Of a DNA stretch of 64,000 bases, positions 1 to 10,200 are shown one piece after another. The notes under the pieces are model-generated. The model saw only the letters and a list, made by a program, of their open reading frames with translations. It was not told the DNA's origin and ran no database searches. Position numbers and translations under genes: made by a program. Within the stretch, counting starts at the first letter, position 1; each line of letters begins with the position of its first letter. This DNA is from a virus. The stretch lies in IMG/VR virus record IMGVR_UViG_3300024999_001421. One strand, given 5' to 3'.

Positions 1-1
1 T

Positions 2-484
2 AGCGGCAATGGAAGCGTAACAATTTCGAGTGATGCTGATTTAGCGAAAGCACATGAGTTCATTAATGTGTTTTTCACGCCTACTGCCGGCGTGCAGGAG
101 CAGTTAAAGTTACTTCCCTACAAAGATAATTATTCCAGGGGATGGAAATTAACTTCAGCTACTATCGACTATCAGAATTGCGGAAGTTCTTCCGGTACTT
201 CAAAGATTGACTATTATCAAAAACTACAGCATGTTTCACTGTTGACTGATGATCTGGCAACTGTCGCTGGACTTCCGGAACAGTATCACGAACTTGTTGT
301 ATTATTCTGTGTTGCCCGTAGTCAGGCTAAAGAGGAAGAGTTGGAAGATAAAAATAATGTGTATAATGAATATCTAGGAAAAAAGAATCATATGGCTATC
401 GACAGAATATGGGTAATGGAGCCACAACACAGAAAATACATCAAGAAGGCCAGGATAGAAGCTATGATTAATGGAGCATCTTAA
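2..484 (+). CDS. Head-tail adaptor / tail tubular protein A-like (5' partial; frame open from position 2)
   Basis: Frame is open upstream of the ORF-track GTG at 68. C-terminal LPEQYHELVVLFCVARSQAKEEE resembles phage adaptor proteins, and it precedes a tail-tube-B-like gene. Confidence 0.55.
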   Translation, partial: SGNGSVTISSDADLAKAHEFINVFFTPTAGVQEQLKLLPYKDNYSRGWKLTSATIDYQNCGSSSGTSKIDYYQKLQHVSLLTDDLATVAGLPEQYHELVVLFCVARSQAKEEELEDKNNVYNEYLGKKNHMAIDRIWVMEPQHRKYIKKARIEAMINGAS

Positions 485-1311
485 TGAAATATAGAATAAA
501 TAGTGACTATTTTAAATCTTGGTCACCTAGTATGGCTTATGTATTGGGTTTTATTTATGGAGATGGTTGCATTACGAAGGGTGGAAGAAAATCTTATTCT
601 CTAAAAATAAGTTCAATTGATCATGATATTTTGATTTCCATAAAGAATGAATTAGAAGCTGAGCGTCCCATTTATAAGCATAAAAATAAAAATCTTTATC
701 AATTATCTATCGGTTCAAAAATCATATATCAAGATTTGCTAAACTTGGGAATTGAAGAACGCAAACAGTTCAGAGATGACGCACCAGTAGTAAATATTGT
801 ACCTAATGAATATTTTTCACATTTTATTAGAGGATTTATAGACTCCGATGGATGTATTAGTGTGTCTAAAAGAAGTGGCACATTAAGAATATCAATTACC
901 GGTAAAGAAAAAGTTTTAAAGTCGGTTGGTAATAGACTGATTAATCTAGGAATTGTTGATAAATTTAGAATAAGAATTTTATCACCTTGTAAGTACACCG
1001 TTAGGAATGATAATGCCTCTATAGAATTTGATATCATTAACTGCTTCAAACTCGGTGATTGTATTTATAATGATGCCAATATATTTCTATTAAGAAAAAA
1101 AGATATATATGACAATGCAAGAAAATATGTTAAATGTAAAAAATGGACAGATAATGAGAAAGATCAAGTTGTTATTTTGCGTGGCAACGGAATGACATTT
1201 AAAAATATTGCCAAATTTTTAGGACATGGATGTCGTAGGCAAACAGCAGAAATATATAAGGAAATGCTGAAAAGGCAGGTAACGGCTAATGGGCGAGAAA
1301 ATCCCTATTGA
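484..1311 (+). CDS. Free-standing LAGLIDADG homing endonuclease
   Basis: Two LAGLIDADG helices (YVLGFIYGDGCI, FIRGFIDSDGCI). AT-rich, and overlaps both neighbouring genes. Confidence 0.9.
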   Translation: MKYRINSDYFKSWSPSMAYVLGFIYGDGCITKGGRKSYSLKISSIDHDILISIKNELEAERPIYKHKNKNLYQLSIGSKIIYQDLLNLGIEERKQFRDDAPVVNIVPNEYFSHFIRGFIDSDGCISVSKRSGTLRISITGKEKVLKSVGNRLINLGIVDKFRIRILSPCKYTVRNDNASIEFDIINCFKLGDCIYNDANIFLLRKKDIYDNARKYVKCKKWTDNEKDQVVILRGNGMTFKNIAKFLGHGCRRQTAEIYKEMLKRQVTANGRENPY

Positions 1312-2689
1312 AATAAAAAGTTTTGGCGGAATAAATACACTACCTTCCCGGCAGATAGGGCAATCTTCCGCCGGGAAGAATTTTTATACCGTTGGCGGTG
1401 TTTTTAAAACACGTCCTGGACTGATTGCTGCCCCCGGCATAAATGCACTCACGAAAGAAATTAGATCCCTGCACTTCGCCAAAACTGGTACGTCGGGTGA
1501 AAGGTTTCTGGCAGAGACTGTAGACGGATTGTATTATTATGGAAGTGGGTGGGAATTAAAAAGTTCAGAGTATGCCCACAACTACGGGTTTTCCTCCGCT
1601 ATTTGGAGAGATGAAATAGTTCTCGCCGGAGGTAATCAAATGAATCTATACGGCATAACTACCCCAGCCATAACAGCGTCATTTACGGCGGGCACTGAGG
1701 GGGAAAATGCTAGGGGTGAGGGAGTTTGTGTATTCAAGGGACGTGCGTTTTTATTTGGCCCTAATTACACACACCATGAAATTCGCTTTAATGGCTATAC
1801 CTACGTATGGGACGATGAAGCACAGGAGTACACAGAGGAAATTGAAGATGTGAGTATACTGGTTTGGCCTGAAAAGTTCAAAATACCGGCCAGTGATGGT
1901 GGAGATGTATTATCCGTTATTCCTGTCGGATCTAGTGTATTCATCTTGACCGATATGGGTTATTGGCATTTATACGGCAATAATGAAGATGATTTTGAAA
2001 TTATCCGCGAGGGAAATGTGGGTTGCTATAACCTAAATCTCGGCCAGTTAGTTGGAGATGTGATATGTTGGCTAGGTAAAGATAAAAAAGTTTATATCTA
2101 TACCGGTAGTACAGCAGAACATATTAGCTTGCCTGTAGATAAGTTTCTATCAGCGCAAACATTCAACGGCACTGTACGTTGTTACAGTTTTGGCAACCAA
2201 TTCTGGATTGTTTTTAGGGGCGCAACAACCAAGGCGTATATTTTCGATACCCACGAAAAAGAGTGGTATATTTACGAATTTCCCGTGAATATTTCTGCCG
2301 CTTGTATGCGGAATGGGATAATTCATTTTGGCACTTCTACCGGAGCTATTTTACAGCTTAAAGACAGTGTAAACGATGTCGGAACAGCTATAACAACTGA
2401 ATCTACACTGGGTCCGATAAATATGCAGGGTAGAAAAATCAAGGTTAAAAATTTTCACATCAACGCAAAACCAGCAAGTTACTTCGATTTGGACATATCT
2501 TCTATTGTTGATGATTATGATGAATCAGACTCTAAGGTTTGTAGTTTTAATGAGGGACCAGAATCAACTCAGACCGTAAAAGTAAATAGTCGGAAAGGTT
2601 TTGATGTTTCTGTAAAAATATCAAGTACGGATATCATTAACGAAATGACCGGAGGAACTATTATGGTCACTGCCGGGCAACTAAAGTAA
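1289..2689 (+). CDS. Tail tubular protein B / P22 gp10-like stabilization protein
   Basis: N-terminal IKSFGGIN...KTRPG motif, beta-propeller-like composition, 466 aa, located after the adaptor. Confidence 0.65.
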   Translation: MGEKIPIEIKSFGGINTLPSRQIGQSSAGKNFYTVGGVFKTRPGLIAAPGINALTKEIRSLHFAKTGTSGERFLAETVDGLYYYGSGWELKSSEYAHNYGFSSAIWRDEIVLAGGNQMNLYGITTPAITASFTAGTEGENARGEGVCVFKGRAFLFGPNYTHHEIRFNGYTYVWDDEAQEYTEEIEDVSILVWPEKFKIPASDGGDVLSVIPVGSSVFILTDMGYWHLYGNNEDDFEIIREGNVGCYNLNLGQLVGDVICWLGKDKKVYIYTGSTAEHISLPVDKFLSAQTFNGTVRCYSFGNQFWIVFRGATTKAYIFDTHEKEWYIYEFPVNISAACMRNGIIHFGTSTGAILQLKDSVNDVGTAITTESTLGPINMQGRKIKVKNFHINAKPASYFDLDISSIVDDYDESDSKVCSFNEGPESTQTVKVNSRKGFDVSVKISSTDIINEMTGGTIMVTAGQLK

Positions 2690-2705
2690 AAGGAGTTGAT
2701 TTAAG

Positions 2706-3119
2706 TTGGCAGATATTCATGTTTATAAAGGCACAGTAACATCGGGAGGTACGAACGGAACGCTGGTATCTGAGGGAGGGGCACAGACAGCGCCAATCAC
2801 AGTAGGTCCGTTAAATGCCACGGATAATGAGGTATCTACTGATCAAAAACTAGCCGTTCGCTGCGACACTGGGTATGTTACGTCTGGAGATACAACAATC
2901 ACTCCAACCGGCACGACTGCCGCGAAGTGGGCGTTGGCACCGGATAATGCAGGAGTGGCAGGTACTTACGGGGCATACGGTGCCGCCCTTACCGTTAGTA
3001 GCGTTATAGATGCCACTAATACTATTTTTTGGGCTAAAGCTAAAGCAACCTCTGATGAAAGTCCGGTAAATGATGTAAGTGTGAGTTTACAAGTTTCTGC
3101 ATTAATAGCGGCGGTATAA
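2706..3119 (+). CDS. Virion structural protein
   Basis: T/A/G-rich beta-strand protein in the tail module with an AGGAG RBS. Confidence 0.55.
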   Translation: MADIHVYKGTVTSGGTNGTLVSEGGAQTAPITVGPLNATDNEVSTDQKLAVRCDTGYVTSGDTTITPTGTTAAKWALAPDNAGVAGTYGAYGAALTVSSVIDATNTIFWAKAKATSDESPVNDVSVSLQVSALIAAV

Positions 3120-3131
3120 GGTGGTGCTGAA

Positions 3132-4682
3132 TTGGCACTTTTAAAATTCAAGGACAAGCATATTGCACAGTCTGTTACACAGGTAAGTACGACGGAAACA
3201 ACGCTACAGGATGATACTCAGGCAACGCAGGAATTTACATTAACCGCCAACCAAACTGTATTAGTGGCGTATCAGGCTAATAGCGATTATGGCGTTGCTA
3301 TGCCATATACGGGCATGAAAAACGCTATCAATATTGACGGTACTGACCGTGCTTTAAGTGCTGATAGTGGCTATGACGTTAATTATCCGATACGAAACTG
3401 CTCTTTTTGGGTGGGGACTCTTGGTGCGGGATCGCATACTATTAAGGGACGATTTTGTAGCAATACTGGTACAGGAACTGTTGCAATCAGTAACCGAATT
3501 TTACTTATCTATGTTTTTGATGGGGACGAGTTCCAGTACATAGATAGTTCAACGGCTAATACTACGACATCCACATCTTTCATAGACGATGCTAACGCAC
3601 AAGCAACATTTACACCATCAGCAACATGCCAGGCATTATATCTGTATAATGTCTCAAATGCCAACGGAGTTACTGAGTCAAGTGTAGGAAAAAAAGTCTC
3701 AATAGGTATAAATGGGACAGATTATGGTCAGGTTGAGCAGTCGCCAAATGGAGATAGTAAAGCTGACTCAGTATTTATAGCTTATGCTGGCTCGTTAAAC
3801 GCAGTAAGCACAACCGTAAAGGGTAGATTTGCGGCAAACGAAGCATACACTGTCACGGTTTCAAACAGACAATTAGGTGTGCTTTGCCTAGATAATTCCA
3901 CATTATTAGATATCGTAGATTCCGCAACTCAGGTAAGTACAACGGAAACAGCGTTACGGGATGATACTCAGGCAACGATAAATCGAACTACAGGCGATAG
4001 AGAATTGCTAGTATTCGCCGTAGGAACAAAAAAGAATAATACTACATCGAGCAGTAAGGGCGAGTGTTACGGGATAAGTATTAACTCCAATGACCGTCAA
4101 ATTTCCAGAAGTTGCCCGTCAAGTTCATTTCGCGCCACCAGTGCGGCAACCTGTTGGGCAGAAACCGTTAGCGCAGGCAGTCAGGTAGTCCAGGGTAGAT
4201 TATCCAGCAACCTAACTGCTAATACGGCCATAATAGACGCTCGTATTGTTGTGGCATTGTGGCTTTCTCTCGATGCAGGTTCATCACAAACTATAAACAC
4301 AGATTTAGTACGGCAGGTTGTCGTGACTGAAACTGTCGATACTGACACGCTCAGAGAAATTACTAATAGTCAGACGATCCTTACTGACACATTAAGGCAG
4401 GTAGTGGCATTCGAGTCGCAAATCATTAGTGCCGATGTTTTGCGTCAAGTCGTAAAAGATGAGGTAGTTAATACAGATACTAAGCGTCTGGTATCTGTAA
4501 GTGAGGAAATAACCATCGATACAGTAAGGTATGTACTAATTGAAATCATAGAAAATTTACTATTTTATTGTAAAGTAACCGATAAAATAACTTGTGCATT
4601 GTCTATCAACAACAATATGAGTATCGGGTTAGATATTGTCGATGTGATAAATTTATCTAGTAAGGTGGGTAGACTGATATGA
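3132..4682 (+). CDS. Tail fibre / receptor-binding-like protein with internal repeats
   Basis: Three related ~125-aa units (TQVSTTETxLxDDTQAT twice) and about six C-terminal 14-15-aa TDxxRxV repeats. Confidence 0.55.
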   Translation: MALLKFKDKHIAQSVTQVSTTETTLQDDTQATQEFTLTANQTVLVAYQANSDYGVAMPYTGMKNAINIDGTDRALSADSGYDVNYPIRNCSFWVGTLGAGSHTIKGRFCSNTGTGTVAISNRILLIYVFDGDEFQYIDSSTANTTTSTSFIDDANAQATFTPSATCQALYLYNVSNANGVTESSVGKKVSIGINGTDYGQVEQSPNGDSKADSVFIAYAGSLNAVSTTVKGRFAANEAYTVTVSNRQLGVLCLDNSTLLDIVDSATQVSTTETALRDDTQATINRTTGDRELLVFAVGTKKNNTTSSSKGECYGISINSNDRQISRSCPSSSFRATSAATCWAETVSAGSQVVQGRLSSNLTANTAIIDARIVVALWLSLDAGSSQTINTDLVRQVVVTETVDTDTLREITNSQTILTDTLRQVVAFESQIISADVLRQVVKDEVVNTDTKRLVSVSEEITIDTVRYVLIEIIENLLFYCKVTDKITCALSINNNMSIGLDIVDVINLSSKVGRLI

Positions 4683-4987
4683 CGTATACCATCAAGCAAA
4701 ATGATATAGGCACGCAGTTAACTTTCAACATAACTGACTCACAAGGACTTTCGTTAGACCTAACGGGATCAACTATAGTATGCACTATTTCTGGTGGTGA
4801 TATTCAAACAGAAATAACTAAGGCGTGTATCATAGATGATGCTAGCGCAGGAACATGTTATTGTGTATTAAGTTCTGATGATACGGCAATTGCTGGTAGT
4901 TATGCTGTAGAGGTGAATATAGATTACGGCGGTAGCAGTTTTACTACCGTAGACAAAGTAAGATTAAAAATATTAAGTGTTTTGTAG
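4679..4987 (+). CDS. BppU/DUF2479-like Ig-fold baseplate/fibre adaptor
   Basis: IKQNDIG..LTFNITD..G..LDLTGSTI...DASAGTCYCVL..DT..AGSY pattern. Confidence 0.7.
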   Translation: MTYTIKQNDIGTQLTFNITDSQGLSLDLTGSTIVCTISGGDIQTEITKACIIDDASAGTCYCVLSSDDTAIAGSYAVEVNIDYGGSSFTTVDKVRLKILSVL

Positions 4988-4997
4988 GTGATTTTTA

Positions 4998-6290
4998 ATG
5001 CCAGCCGGAGCCATAACCTTCACTGGGACAGTAACCAACATAGAAACAGACCTTCCAATAGGAGGAGTAGTCTGTGAAGTTGATATTATAGAGTACGAAG
5101 ATGGAAGTATACCACACTATCACACCTTGACAGCTACAACAGATATTAATGGCGTATATACTTGTAGTTTTTTGTGTGAGTATACCGATATAAACCCTAG
5201 TATAGTAATTGAATATATAAGGTTTAGTGCAGATTGGTATTTCCCGGAAGATATATATATCAATACAGGAATTTCCTGGACTACTACATACACATACACT
5301 AGAGATGCGGCCCTATATGCCGGAGGTACGATTGGCGGTAGGGTGGTAGATGAAACAGGGCAACCACTAACTACAGGTATTGCAAGCGTAGAATCAAATA
5401 GGGATGAAGAAGAATTCTACGCTAAAGGAGAAATTGACGGGGATGGTTATTACGACAGTAGACTATCTAATGAATACGATAAATTAGCTGTTAGTGGTAT
5501 CGGAACAGCTAATGTCTATTCAGCTTATACTCAACATACTCCGGTGGAAGTTAGTATAACACCTTTTCAGCATAACATTATTAACCTTCACGTTAAAGTT
5601 CATGGAAATGTTTCTGGTGTTGTTGTAGATAATAATGGAAAGACACTAGAAGGGGTTAAGTTAACTTTTCTTGTGGAGTATATGCCGGAAGATGTAGAAG
5701 TATACGTTCCAAATCCAATATACACTAATTCTAGCGGTGAGTGGTCTGCCGAGGGACTCCGTTTCGGTATTACCTATATAGTGGGAGCATCACTAGAAGG
5801 ATACGCATTTAGCGAACCATATTCACACGGTAGCGAGGTTCATTACTACGAAAAACCATTTCCCACGAACTTAGATCCGTCTATATTGATAGCTAGTTTT
5901 GGCGTTACGGATGATAGTATTGATTTTGTCGGAACATTAATACCTATCGCAGAAAAAAGAAAACCCATATTTTTAAAAACGGTAAACCAGTTAACCGATA
6001 GAAATTTAATGATAATAGCCGATCCGTATAACTACAATTTTAAAACACTTAGCATGTTCTGGACTAAAACATCCGGAGTTATAAACTTTAAAAAGCCAAT
6101 AGCTGTCGGTCAGGTAAATATCGGAGAATTAGAGAAAATAGTTAACGCCTATAACAGTAACTTTAGAAATATATCCTCGCAGATAAATATTAGCTTTAAA
6201 TATCCAGATGCTTCTAGTATTCAAGGTGTCGTTAATGCTTATAATGATAACTTCCGAAACTTAGAGGCATACCTAAATAAAAAGAGGTGA
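4998..6290 (+). CDS. Virion protein with tandem carboxypeptidase-regulatory-like (Ig) domains
   Basis: Repeated (I/V)xGxVxD..G.P(L/I).G...T...G.Y/W motifs. Confidence 0.6.
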   Translation: MPAGAITFTGTVTNIETDLPIGGVVCEVDIIEYEDGSIPHYHTLTATTDINGVYTCSFLCEYTDINPSIVIEYIRFSADWYFPEDIYINTGISWTTTYTYTRDAALYAGGTIGGRVVDETGQPLTTGIASVESNRDEEEFYAKGEIDGDGYYDSRLSNEYDKLAVSGIGTANVYSAYTQHTPVEVSITPFQHNIINLHVKVHGNVSGVVVDNNGKTLEGVKLTFLVEYMPEDVEVYVPNPIYTNSSGEWSAEGLRFGITYIVGASLEGYAFSEPYSHGSEVHYYEKPFPTNLDPSILIASFGVTDDSIDFVGTLIPIAEKRKPIFLKTVNQLTDRNLMIIADPYNYNFKTLSMFWTKTSGVINFKKPIAVGQVNIGELEKIVNAYNSNFRNISSQINISFKYPDASSIQGVVNAYNDNFRNLEAYLNKKR

Positions 6291-7222
6291 TCGTGTTGGC
6301 TTACACTAAACCTACGGGAGATCAAGGAAACTACAATTTCCTGCAAGGTGCTTTAAATAATCCCAATTACAAACCTAAAAACTATTACGATTGGCAATAT
6401 ATAGTTAATCAGCAAGTGGCAAATCCTAATTACAGAAATATGTATACCGGCTTGGCCCAGGCGAGGGATGCGGCAGGAGATAGAGAGAGGGCATCTTACC
6501 AGGATTCAAAAGGAACGCTTACAGCTAACCGGACAAGTGATATTAACTCGGCCGTGAAACGATCTATTGCCGCAGGACTTGGCGGGGCAGGGGAAGGATC
6601 GGGCATAGGCGGGTATCGCTCACAGGAGATAACGGACAACTATCAGCCTTCGTTTGACAGTTTAAAGCGTAGGCACAGCGATAATATTGCCGACATAAAT
6701 ACTAATTATCGCAGTGGTGTTGCAAAGATTGATGCCAAAAAAGAAGATAGGGGCCTAAAGGTAGCAACAGAAGCTACGAAGATGATGCAAGCTGACACTA
6801 AGGGGTTTCGTGATTGGCAAAACTCATTGTCCAACACATTGCAGAAATACGGTTCAGAGCAGGCCGATTTATCTTATAAACAGCAGCAGGACGCTTATAA
6901 GAGACAACAGGACGAGTTTTCTAATAACTTAGCATTGCAGAAGTTTTCCTGGGACAAGGAGCAGTCCATGTTGCCGTATCAATATCCCTCTGCGAACTCG
7001 CTATTGCCGTACAATATGGGACCTACGCCTTATCAGCAGGCGCAGTTTAGTAAAAGCGGTGGCAATGACAAGTCTACTGCTTATGCTGCTGCTTATCAGG
7101 CTATATTGTCAAATCCTGCTGTTATTAGCGATCCTGATTTTATACAGTCGTTTTTAGCCGCCGGACTAACCCCGAGCGATTACCAGGCGTTGCTAGGCAT
7201 GACTAAAGACGAAGGTAGTTAA
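6287..7222 (+). CDS. Putative internal virion / ejection protein
   Basis: Q/A/G-rich helical protein directly upstream of the 1805-aa protein. Confidence 0.5.
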   Translation: MIVLAYTKPTGDQGNYNFLQGALNNPNYKPKNYYDWQYIVNQQVANPNYRNMYTGLAQARDAAGDRERASYQDSKGTLTANRTSDINSAVKRSIAAGLGGAGEGSGIGGYRSQEITDNYQPSFDSLKRRHSDNIADINTNYRSGVAKIDAKKEDRGLKVATEATKMMQADTKGFRDWQNSLSNTLQKYGSEQADLSYKQQQDAYKRQQDEFSNNLALQKFSWDKEQSMLPYQYPSANSLLPYNMGPTPYQQAQFSKSGGNDKSTAYAAAYQAILSNPAVISDPDFIQSFLAAGLTPSDYQALLGMTKDEGS

Positions 7223-7248
7223 AAAGATGGCGATTAATATTAAGGCAG

Positions 7249-10200
7249 GTGGTAATGTTGGCTTACGATTTATACAAAGGACCATACGGTAACTTTAATC
7301 CGTATAACCAAAGCAGAGATACTTCCAGGGAAGATGCCATCAGAAGGTTGCTCAGTTTTTCGAGCAACCAACCTTCTGTTTCTGGAAGCAGTTTTAACGA
7401 CTTGGTTGAAACTGACTTACAAGAACAGTACAGAAACATCTATGGCGATAATGTACCTCAAAATACAACCTTGAAAATTCCGCAGATAACCGATAATCCT
7501 AATTATCCCGCGCTAGATCTTTATAGTCCAGAGATTCCTGTGCGTGAAGAATTGCCTAAACTCCCCTCGCAGTTTAAGGGAGACATGCTACTCAACTACA
7601 AGTCACCCTCTATACCGGTACCGAAAAGCAGATCATATCTTGATGCTATAAAAGATTGGTCCGACAGGGCATCAATGGCGGCAGGAGAAATAATAACCGG
7701 AATAGATAGACCAGATAAACCTCAAATTGGAGACTTTGAAGTTATTAGTCGCGGACTTATGAGCGATAAAGATAAACTACCGGATAATATTAAGATAAAT
7801 TTACCGGAAAGTTATACTTCTGACAGACCAGTAAATCTAAACTCTGCTGACCTCGCCGGGGGACTTGCAGGTTTTCTGGCAGGCGGGGAATTTAATGTCG
7901 GCTCAAAAGTATTTCAGGGTGCGGAAAATGCCATAGGACAAGCGTTGGCCAAATTGGGTGCCAAGTCCCCTAAAGTGGCTAATATTCCAAATATTACGCA
8001 GAGCGCTATTAAGGTTGGTGGAGCGACTGCTCCTTATGAATATTCTAGATCTATAGCAAATGACAGAGAATTTGATACTGGGGAAGCAGCGCAGGCAGGG
8101 GCGACTAATGCCGCACTTGGTGTAATATTAGGTCGTTTAGGAAGTGCGTTAGGCAGGGATAGAACTCCTGCACCTGCACCTACTGAATTTAGGATGCCTG
8201 AGTATAAAGCACCCGATATGTCTAACTTTACACCGGAGGAACTGGCTAACATTAGAAGTAGGTCAATGCCTGGGGAGATGATAACTCCTGAGACAGTCAC
8301 CACTAAAGAGGTAGCGGCGGCGCAGCGCACTTTAAGGAATACGCCGAATATTGGAAAGGCCAATAAGATATTGGATGAATTCCCGGAACTCGAAAAAGAA
8401 TTTCCGCACTTTAGACTACAGCAAGGCGATACGGTTATTCTTCCAAGCGGGAAAGAAGCAACCGTTAAAAACGCAGACAAGATGATTATTCAAGTTGACG
8501 TTGACGGTAAAACTGCTAGTATTGGCCGTAAAGTTGTTAAGGTGCCGGAAGTTAAGGTAGATGTACCGGAGGTTGTGGGTGATGCAATACCAGAAGTTCC
8601 GGAGATTGCAACTTCTGAGATTAAGCAACAACCCATCGTTAACGATGTGCCGACACCTAACAATAGAAGCGGTGCCGAGGCTTTTGCTGACGAAAGTATA
8701 CCTGACGTATCAGTTAAGCAGGAACCCATTGTCGCGCAGGAAGCATTGCCGCAATCCGCAAGTGAGTTAGTACCTCCCGAAGTATTGAAGGATTATCCTG
8801 AGTTATCCACAGAAGTAGGCAGTAAACCTACATCGGGAACTAAGGATATGGCCGAGGATGTGGGGTTAAAACCGGAGAAAGCGGAAACCTATGACGAGGG
8901 AACTATCGGTGCGGCAAAGCTAACCGTACCGGAAAAGCAATCAACTCTCCCCGGCACTGATGAAAAGGTTAGATCATTTCAGGTAACCGGCATTAAGTCA
9001 CCCGTCACTGATGATTTGACCAAAGCAGGTCTATTGGTAGATATTTACAGAACTGGCCCTGGCGCATATCGACCAGTATCCAACCTCGAAACCGAGGCAG
9101 TGGCTAGAAAATTCATCGAGGACAACGGTATTGATGCCGCCATTAATCGTGTCATGGATAAAACAGAAACATCGGCAGAGCAGGTTGCGCTTGGCGGTCA
9201 ACTTACCTATTCCTTGCAAAAACTGGGTAAGCACGAAGAAGCATTGAATATGCTGGAAAGTTTAGCTGAGCAATTAACTTCTGCCGGCCAGAAAATACAG
9301 GCAGTAAAGATATTTCAGAACCTATCTCCGGAAGGAGTTTTGATTAAGGCAAACAAAGAAACCAAAAAGGCGTTCAACGAGTTACCAAAGCAGACTAAAG
9401 ATAAGCACGATGATTTAAGCGGTAAACTACAGGATGAATTCAACGGCATCGACAAAGAGGCAATTGACCAAGTAGTTAACGAAACACCTGAGTTGGGCGG
9501 CAACAAGCCAAAACCCAAGCAGGGTAAACCTGGTTCAGAGAAGCAAACTGACCCGGCAAATATGCTGGCACAAAAGATAGTTAGCTATACAAAACCTATG
9601 ATGCCTGTCAGTAGATTGACACCGGAAATGCAGATGGTAAAAACACTATTCTCTAAAGCCAGGGAAGTTTTGCCGATAGAGAAAGCAAAGTTACCTAAGC
9701 AGAACGCATTAGATGAAGTAGTTACCGCACTACAACAAAGCGACAACTATCGCAAAACCTGGGAAGATGCCAAGCAATCTATCATAGAACAAAACGGTGA
9801 ACTTCCGCAGGTTATGAAAGATGTTGAAGCGTATATCGAGCATTATCTGAATGTGCCGTATTCTGAGCGTTCACTTGAAAGAATCGTAACCGAAAAAATG
9901 AAGGATAAAAACTTTGATTTAGAACAGTCTGCCTTCGGTCCAATGTCACCGAATTTCCGAGGGACTAAGTTGGAGAATACCGCATTTATTCAATCTATTG
10001 TTAAGGACAGCGGATTAACCGGAAAGAACGCAGAAGTATTGTCCCTAGAACTGGGAAGTAAGCTAGATGAAGCGTTAACGAAAAAACGTAACGATAAGAC
10101 TTCCGATCTAGCCAAAAGAATTATTAAGATGGCAACCGAGAACCCAAAAGATGCTGAGACTAACCCGGTCAAAGAAATGTTTAACATTCTGATGCAGAAG

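Noticed and set aside
3178-3980. ~50-nt near-duplicate in the tail fibre gene as a DGR template/variable repeat pair
   Set aside because: Both copies are in frame in one CDS, differences are not adenine-specific, and no reverse transcriptase is present; this is a domain duplication
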